Shown piece by piece: positions 57,609 to 64,000 of a DNA stretch of 64,000 bases (positions are counted from its first letter, which is position 1; every line of letters starts with the position of its first letter). A program made the position numbers and the translations under genes. Below the pieces are notes generated by a model. The model worked only from the letters and a program-made list of their open reading frames with translations, made no database searches and was not told the DNA's origin. The DNA is from a bacterium (GTDB lineage: Bacteria; CLD3; SB21): NCBI GenBank assembly GCA_013360215.1, contig JABWCP010000003.1:124001-188000 (forward strand), read 5' to 3'.

Positions 57609-57968
57609 TTACATCGTTTGTATCAACTCGACTAATTTGCCCATGCCTCCCATACCCGTTTTCGCAAACGTTGCGTCGGCGCCTGCCGCCTCCGCTTTGG
57701 CTTTGTATTCTTCAAGCGACCCGGTATGAAAAATAATCTTAGGCCGCGCAGGGTTGACGGCTTTCACTTCGCTGCAAACTTCGATCCCGCTTTTATGGGG
57801 CATATTGGTATCCAGGATAATCACGTCCGGGTCAAACGATTTGACTTTTTCTATCGCTTGCAAACCGTCTTCTGCAAAATCCATTTCAAAACCGGCTTTG
57901 CCTAATACGATCTTCAAAAGGCTGCGTACGGTATTTTCGTCATCCACGATCAAAACTTTTTTGGGCAC
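57609..57968 (-). CDS. Single-domain response regulator
   Basis: VLIVDDE, AEDGLQA, PDVIILDTNMPHKSG. Confidence 0.9.
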   Translation of the reverse strand: MPKKVLIVDDENTVRSLLKIVLGKAGFEMDFAEDGLQAIEKVKSFDPDVIILDTNMPHKSGIEVCSEVKAVNPARPKIIFHTGSLEEYKAKAEAAGADATFAKTGMGGMGKLVELIQTM

Positions 57969-57988
57969 GGTATATTCCTTCTTAAGAT

Positions 57989-59131
57989 TTAAGATTTCAC
58001 AAAATGTTTACCGCTTAGCTGACGCACGGCACCGCGGATTTCTAACTGTAAAAGATGGGACAGCGCTTCATGTGCATTCATACGGGCAGCCTCTGCGATA
58101 GCATCAATGTGAAGCGGTTCCGGTGATAATTTTTCATACACCGATTGTTCTTCCAAGCTGAGTTGGATCGCCGGTGTAGGTATACGTTTTGTTTGTGTTA
58201 AACGACCTTCTAATTCCTGCAAAATATCATCTACCGTTTCGACGAGTTTAGCACCGCTACGGATCAATCGATTACTGCCTTTGGCTTGCGGATTGGTAGC
58301 CAGGCCGGGCACGGCAAACACCTCGCGGTTCTGATCCAGTGCATAATCCGCCGTAATCAGAGCACCGCTTTTTTCGCCGGCTTCAATGACAACTGTACCG
58401 AGCGAAAGTCCGCTGATGATTCGGTTTCGTCCGGGAAAATGCGTTGCATCCGGGCCTGTCCCCATCGGATAGTCCGCCAGGATCGCACCGCGGTGCGCTA
58501 TTTCCATAGCCAATCTGTAATTTTCACTGGGATAGATATGATCCACGCCGGAACCCAGCACGGCGATCGTACGTCCTCCGCTGCGTAATGCCGCGGCATG
58601 CGCTACCGTATCAATACCCCGCGCCAACCCACTGACGACGGTAATACCGCGTTGAGCTAACTCTTGCGCAAGCTTTTCTGCCATCGCACGCCCGTACGCC
58701 GTCGGCTGACGTGTTCCGACGATCGCTATCGCATGGGCATCCTCCGGCATTATTGCCCCGCGCACAAACAAAAACGTGGGTGCGGTTTCAGTTTGTGTGA
58801 GTAATTCCGGAAATCCAGATTCGGAAAAAACCAATAATTCCGTCGCGCTTTCCTGCATGGATCGCATCTGCGCATGAGCAAAAGCAATGCTTGCTTCATG
58901 GTCCTGCTTGATGCGCTCGGCGGTCGGCGCATCCATACCTTGCACGGCAGCTAATGCTTTGGCCGAAGCGCTGAGAACGGACGCGGGCGACCCAAAGTGA
59001 CGAATAAGATTGCGCAATCGGGCATGCCCCATACCGCGCACACCGATCAGGCGTAATAAATCAAAATTTTGGTCCTTATGCGAACGATGCGTCACACTCA
59101 TAGATAGATCAATCCGTTTGAATTTCCCCAA
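57989..59131 (-). CDS. dprA: DNA-protecting protein DprA
   Basis: AIVGTR, VSGLARGID, FPGRNRIISGLS, SGALITA, GSNRLI; true start probably slightly downstream. Confidence 0.95.
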   Translation of the reverse strand: MGKFKRIDLSMSVTHRSHKDQNFDLLRLIGVRGMGHARLRNLIRHFGSPASVLSASAKALAAVQGMDAPTAERIKQDHEASIAFAHAQMRSMQESATELLVFSESGFPELLTQTETAPTFLFVRGAIMPEDAHAIAIVGTRQPTAYGRAMAEKLAQELAQRGITVVSGLARGIDTVAHAAALRSGGRTIAVLGSGVDHIYPSENYRLAMEIAHRGAILADYPMGTGPDATHFPGRNRIISGLSLGTVVIEAGEKSGALITADYALDQNREVFAVPGLATNPQAKGSNRLIRSGAKLVETVDDILQELEGRLTQTKRIPTPAIQLSLEEQSVYEKLSPEPLHIDAIAEAARMNAHEALSHLLQLEIRGAVRQLSGKHFVKS

Positions 59132-59396
59132 TCGAAAAGCCGCGTAATGTAATATGCACTCCGCATAAATGCAAGAAGCGCTGGTTTGTTTTTCGTAAAA
59201 ATGAATCCCAAGCTACTTAAAAAAGCACCATACTTTATAACTATTCAAAACAGCTACTTAACCATTTCCGCTTGACTTTATAATCCATTTACATAAATTA
59301 TTTTACCTTTCAAGTACCAGTTCTTATAAAGTACATGCCGTATATGGGGCGGCTGAAATCGTTCGCATCTTTTTGTTAAATTATTATGAGGATTTT

Positions 59397-59819
59397 ATGA
59401 TCGTAAAATCTACGCTTTTGTTGCTTTGGACTCTGATTGCGGCATGCAGTGCATCGCGTACACAGGTTGAGGCCCAGCAAGGTGCGGAAAAATATCAATT
59501 GATTGCTATCGAAAAATTTTCAAAAGATATTAAATACGTATTCAATAGTAAGCGATCTTACGTATTATGCATCAAAGAAACGCGCCCGGAACGCCCTCCG
59601 CAGATCAATGTATTGAGTTTTTTGTTGATCGAAGCCGCCTCCGGCCAGATCGTGCTTGAAGAAACCATAGCCAATGCCCAAGCCGAATGGGTATCCGAAT
59701 CTGAAGTACGCGTGACGTTTATACCCGGAATAATCAAAGAAGGCGAACATTCTCCTAACGGTTACATATATAACATTCAGACCCATAAAAAAACCGACTT
59801 ACAAGCTAAAGCACATTAA
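59397..59819 (+). CDS. Hypothetical lipoprotein
   Basis: RBS GAGGA, ATG at 59397, lipobox IAAC. Confidence 0.75.
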   Translation: MIVKSTLLLLWTLIAACSASRTQVEAQQGAEKYQLIAIEKFSKDIKYVFNSKRSYVLCIKETRPERPPQINVLSFLLIEAASGQIVLEETIANAQAEWVSESEVRVTFIPGIIKEGEHSPNGYIYNIQTHKKTDLQAKAH

Positions 59820-59877
59820 TAAATAATATCTATATCCAATAACATTACTCTTCATCTAATCCGCAAAGGAGTCTATC

Positions 59878-62800
59878 ATGAGAGGGTTTTTACGATCCCG
59901 CAGTTGGTTGATCATGACGGCAACCATCACTGCACTGGCTGTAATCACGACGTCCGATTGGAAACCGAGCCAACCGGAGCAATACCGAAAAAAGAAAGAA
60001 GAAGTCAAACGTTTTGACAAACCCGATGAATTTATCAAAGCATTTCGCGATATGCGGATCCGCGACGGTAAAACCAAATCGGATTATCCGCAAAACTATA
60101 AGTTAACTGAAATGCGCCGTTTCGGAATTATCCCGAAAGACGGAGAAATAGGAACCTCAGTTCAGCGTATAGGCAAAACCGGTGCAACACTGGACTGGGT
60201 TGAACGCGGGCCCAACAATGTGCCCGGACGTACACGCGGTATGATCGTAGATCCCGACGATGCCACAGGTGCGACGTGGTTTGCCGGATCCGTCGGCGGC
60301 GGTGTTTGGAAAACCACCAATAGCGGTTTTTCATGGACTCCGTTGACCGAAGGCATCCCCAATCTTGCTACGACCTCACTCGCAATGGCTCCCTCCAATC
60401 ATAATATTATTTATGTCGGCACAGGAGAAGGCTTCGGTAATTTAGACGGTGTCGGCGGTGATGGTATTTTTAAAACGACCAACAAAGGCGCGAGCTGGAC
60501 ACAACTTGCAAGTACGATCGCCGTTAATTCTTCCAGTTCAAATCGTAATTTTGAATTTGTTAATCGAATCTCCGTTCATCCGACCGATCCCAGCACTTTG
60601 GTCGTCGCTACAAATACCGGTATTATGCGTTCTACCGATGGCGGTGATACTTGGACCAAAGTACATACTTCAGCATCGGCGGTTCAAGATCTTGTGGCAA
60701 ATCCTCAAAATTGGAATACGCAGTATGCATCCAAAAATGCAAGCGGGATTATTAAATCTTTAGACGGTGGGATTACATGGACGAGCTATTCCACCGGAAT
60801 TACACAAGCGCAACGTATAGAGGTTGCCATATCACCGGTGGATACCAATCGTCTATATTTAGCGGTTGAGAATGCATCCGATTTATCGGATTTGTATGTA
60901 ACCTATAACGGCGGTACACAATGGTACCTAGTAAACGTTCAAACCGGTACCAATCCTGATTGGCTTAACGGCCAAGGATGGTATGATAATACCATCGTCG
61001 CCCACCCAACTAATCCTAATGTATGCTATACAGCCGGTGTATCCGTTTTCAAACATAGTATTGTCGGTGACGGGCCCACTGTCCGTGTAACTCTAGTAGA
61101 CACCGTCGGAACGGCCGGTTGGCTTGCGTTCCAAAATTTTGGACTTTCATATTTAGGCGGCGGTGTAAGTACAGGAGAAAATGGATTTGGAAGCACCAAC
61201 CCCGTTGGACTCACAAGCCAAGATTCCAATATGAGTATCGAAGTTCGTTTTGGACCCGGCCGCTCTCAAAAAGCCCATCGTTTCAAAACCGACGCTCAAG
61301 GAGCAGGACAAACATCGCCAAACTATAAATATCAAAATTATGTAAATGTGCCTTTTGAAGCGTGGGATGTAACCAATAACCGTCAAATCAACATTAGTTT
61401 TCGTGATGAAAACAATGACGGCGAATTTGACATAGAGCTGAGCTCCGGAGACGGCGTATATCGAGAATATTTTTTCGTCGAAGGATCCACGTACAACAGT
61501 GGCACTCCGGATCCTAATATTACCGTTGACGGGGGTTTTAAATACAGAGTAGTACTTGAAGTAGGACCGGCACTTCCGACTGATGTGGATTGGAATCCTG
61601 CAACCATTCCGGATTCAAAAATTTCCCTGACACGTATTACCAATCAAACAAAACTTCGCACATCGGAAGTACGTTCTGATCCCTATGGACAATTTAGCGG
61701 ACCTAACTCCAATGTGCATCCGGATCACCACAATCTGATGATTATTCCGGTCGCCGGTGCACCGTTTAAAATACTCAATGCGAACGATGGTGGTGTGTGG
61801 ATATCTTTGGATTCGGCCGGATCATTTGCCTTAGCAAGCGGCGGATACAATACGACCCAATTTTACGGAGTTGACAAAGCTAAAGGATCGAATACATATA
61901 TCGCCGGCGCACAGGATAATGGTACATGGTTGAGTTCTGCAAATCCCACATCAACATCCGGATGGGCTTCGAAAATCGGAGGCGACGGGTTTGAAGCGCT
62001 GTGGAACTACGGAAACTCAAACTTGTTACTTGGCGCGTCGCAATTCAACGGCGTCCAACGTTCTTCCAATGCAGGTGCATCGTTTTCAAATTCAATTTCA
62101 GGATTGGCAACCGGTTCCGGTAATGCACCTTTTGTGTCTAACTTGTCTAATTCCCCACTTGATCCTGATCTTGTATTTGCGGTAGGCGCTCAAGGGGTTT
62201 ATCGCTCTACTAATTTTGGATCGTCATGGACTCTTGTTTCAATTCCTTCGCAATGGGGTATGTGGAGCATGTCAGGTACAGAGATATCATTAGCCAATTC
62301 AAATATCGTTTGGGCACATGGAGGGATGTCTAATACTGGTACGCGCCGAAAAGTTCATGTATCAAAAGATCGAGGTGCCACTTTCGCTCCTGTTAATAAC
62401 TACCTTACTAACAGCAATGACACGACTTCGACGATCGGATTGATTAGTGGATTTGCTACGCACCCCCGTGAAGACAGCACAGCCTATGCTTTGTTTTCAG
62501 TTGCCGATGCTCCGAAAATTTTGCGAACGACTAATTTAGGATCCACTTGGGAGGATATTTCCGGATTCGGCGATGATAACAACAGCAGTAACGGCTTTCC
62601 CGATGTTGCGGTTTATACATTGATCGTAATGCCGCATAACACCAATGAAATTTGGGCCGGTACGGAGATTGGTTTATTTATTTCTACCAATAACGGTGCA
62701 ACATGGTCCTATGCCAATAACGGTCTTCCTGCGGTAGCCATCTGGCAAATGTCTATCAAAGACAAACAGGTGATCGTCGCAACCCACGGGCGTGGGGTGT

Positions 62801-63996
62801 GGACCGTAGATATATCCGGTATCCCTGCTATACCTACATCATCCGGAACGATAGCCACAATGCGACTAGGAAAGAATTTTTCCAAAGTGTTTGCCGCAAA
62901 ACTTTCTTCCTATTTTACTAATCCGGATGGAACGGGCTTTACCTATTCTGTCAAAACTTCCAACGGTGGCGTCGTGCCGGTGATTTCTTCCGACTCGCTA
63001 TATCTTACGAGCACGACCGATTATGTGGGAAGTGTGACCGTTAGCGCATACGCCTACAATGGTTATAAGCTCAACAAATCGTTTACTGTTAATGTCGAAA
63101 ACGATGTTGTTGCCCCAGTATTGTCGGTTGGCGCCCTGACTACACCGGCTATTGATGCAGTCAAGTTTGGGGTCACGGCGGACGAACCCATTAAAAATGT
63201 ATTATTAGCGGTCAATAGCCAGTCGGTGAGTTTGTCCAAACAAGGTAATATTTATTTTGGAACGTACACGATCGCTTCATCGCGCACACTCACGGTGGCC
63301 GTCAGCGCTAAAGATACTTCTGATAACCTTTCATCCAAAAACGTGACCTATAATGTTGCTGCACTGTCGAAACCACTAGTAATTGATAAATATACCATTA
63401 CGGGTAAGGGTAACGAGGGGTATATTTTGGCCACGACCACAGCGGCTGAAAATATTCCTACCGGATGGACGGAAATCGCGCCTGCGATTCGCATGATGGC
63501 GACGGCTCCCGGCGCTGATCTTAAAGTCGAAGCCAATGTACAAGGGTTACAAGACGTTGTTGCTGACCCACAATTCGACGAATCCCGCATAGGTATTTAC
63601 GAATTTGCAGAAGGCCAATGGCGCCACATAGCGGAAGCTAATAATGGACGCGTCATGGCCAAGCATACAGGCAATCCGGTAGCTATTTACTATAATCCGG
63701 ATTATAACGTTGTCCCAAATAAATATGAGCTCGAGCAGAATTATCCCAATCCGTTTAACCCCAGTACAATGATTCGTTATTCTGTTAAGAATGAAGGCCG
63801 TGTAGTGATCAAAGTGTACAATATGCTTGGACAAGAAGTGCGTACATTGGTTAATGAACACAAACCGGCAGGGCGCTTTAACGTTTCTTGGGACGGTCGA
63901 AATAATGCGGGACAAACGGTTTCAACCGGCGTTTACATTTATCGTATGCAGGCTGGTTCTGTCATTCAAAACCGCAAAATGCTTTTTGTAAAATAA
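59878..63996 (+). CDS. Large secreted BNR/VPS10-type beta-propeller protein with FlgD-Ig/T9SS-type C-terminal domain
   Basis: WVERGPNNVPGRTR, repeated S/T-x-D/N-x-G-x-T/S-W Asp-boxes, VHPDHH, ATHGRG, QNYPNPFNPST...WDGRN...GVYIY. Confidence 0.9.
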   Translation: MRGFLRSRSWLIMTATITALAVITTSDWKPSQPEQYRKKKEEVKRFDKPDEFIKAFRDMRIRDGKTKSDYPQNYKLTEMRRFGIIPKDGEIGTSVQRIGKTGATLDWVERGPNNVPGRTRGMIVDPDDATGATWFAGSVGGGVWKTTNSGFSWTPLTEGIPNLATTSLAMAPSNHNIIYVGTGEGFGNLDGVGGDGIFKTTNKGASWTQLASTIAVNSSSSNRNFEFVNRISVHPTDPSTLVVATNTGIMRSTDGGDTWTKVHTSASAVQDLVANPQNWNTQYASKNASGIIKSLDGGITWTSYSTGITQAQRIEVAISPVDTNRLYLAVENASDLSDLYVTYNGGTQWYLVNVQTGTNPDWLNGQGWYDNTIVAHPTNPNVCYTAGVSVFKHSIVGDGPTVRVTLVDTVGTAGWLAFQNFGLSYLGGGVSTGENGFGSTNPVGLTSQDSNMSIEVRFGPGRSQKAHRFKTDAQGAGQTSPNYKYQNYVNVPFEAWDVTNNRQINISFRDENNDGEFDIELSSGDGVYREYFFVEGSTYNSGTPDPNITVDGGFKYRVVLEVGPALPTDVDWNPATIPDSKISLTRITNQTKLRTSEVRSDPYGQFSGPNSNVHPDHHNLMIIPVAGAPFKILNANDGGVWISLDSAGSFALASGGYNTTQFYGVDKAKGSNTYIAGAQDNGTWLSSANPTSTSGWASKIGGDGFEALWNYGNSNLLLGASQFNGVQRSSNAGASFSNSISGLATGSGNAPFVSNLSNSPLDPDLVFAVGAQGVYRSTNFGSSWTLVSIPSQWGMWSMSGTEISLANSNIVWAHGGMSNTGTRRKVHVSKDRGATFAPVNNYLTNSNDTTSTIGLISGFATHPREDSTAYALFSVADAPKILRTTNLGSTWEDISGFGDDNNSSNGFPDVAVYTLIVMPHNTNEIWAGTEIGLFISTNNGATWSYANNGLPAVAIWQMSIKDKQVIVATHGRGVWTVDISGIPAIPTSSGTIATMRLGKNFSKVFAAKLSSYFTNPDGTGFTYSVKTSNGGVVPVISSDSLYLTSTTDYVGSVTVSAYAYNGYKLNKSFTVNVENDVVAPVLSVGALTTPAIDAVKFGVTADEPIKNVLLAVNSQSVSLSKQGNIYFGTYTIASSRTLTVAVSAKDTSDNLSSKNVTYNVAALSKPLVIDKYTITGKGNEGYILATTTAAENIPTGWTEIAPAIRMMATAPGADLKVEANVQGLQDVVADPQFDESRIGIYEFAEGQWRHIAEANNGRVMAKHTGNPVAIYYNPDYNVVPNKYELEQNYPNPFNPSTMIRYSVKNEGRVVIKVYNMLGQEVRTLVNEHKPAGRFNVSWDGRNNAGQTVSTGVYIYRMQAGSVIQNRKMLFVK

Positions 63997-64000
63997 GTTT

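Overview
Bacterial DNA, probably from an FCB-superphylum organism (Ignavibacteria/KSB1/Calditrichota-like), judged from the FlgD/T9SS-type C-terminus of the last gene. There are four zones. (1) 0.4-13 kb is a Type I restriction-modification locus (hsdR-hsdS-hsdM) split by defence cassettes: GIY-YIG nuclease, UDG-like gene, HigB-HigA-SecB toxin-antitoxin-chaperone, RloA/RloB-like pair and AbiE. Cassette junctions carry duplicated hsdM starts, a duplicated hsdR end and REP-like palindromes. (2) 13-26.4 kb is an AT-rich accessory stretch with a DUF1207 barrel, a small-protein/membrane-protein/kinase trio, two lone AraC HTH genes, a secreted deaminase, a JAB protease pair, a Cap15-like barrel, a patatin, an M15 peptidase and a 45-bp direct repeat. 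(3) 26.5-31.5 kb is an ECF sigma/anti-sigma locus with a TPR-CHAT caspase-like protease split into two convergent, separately exported genes around a small lipoprotein. A shared promoter-like motif lies inside the sigma gene and upstream of the lipoprotein. This is the best candidate for an undescribed system. (4) 31.7-64 kb holds an RND efflux operon, DM9 and DUF2911 proteins, a tubulin-like/actin-like/vWA five-gene cluster and housekeeping or signalling genes (NSS transporter, ftsX, kinases, dprA, a large secreted propeller protein). No rRNA, tRNA, CRISPR array, integrase or transposase was seen. All family assignments come from motifs recognised by eye, not from database searches.
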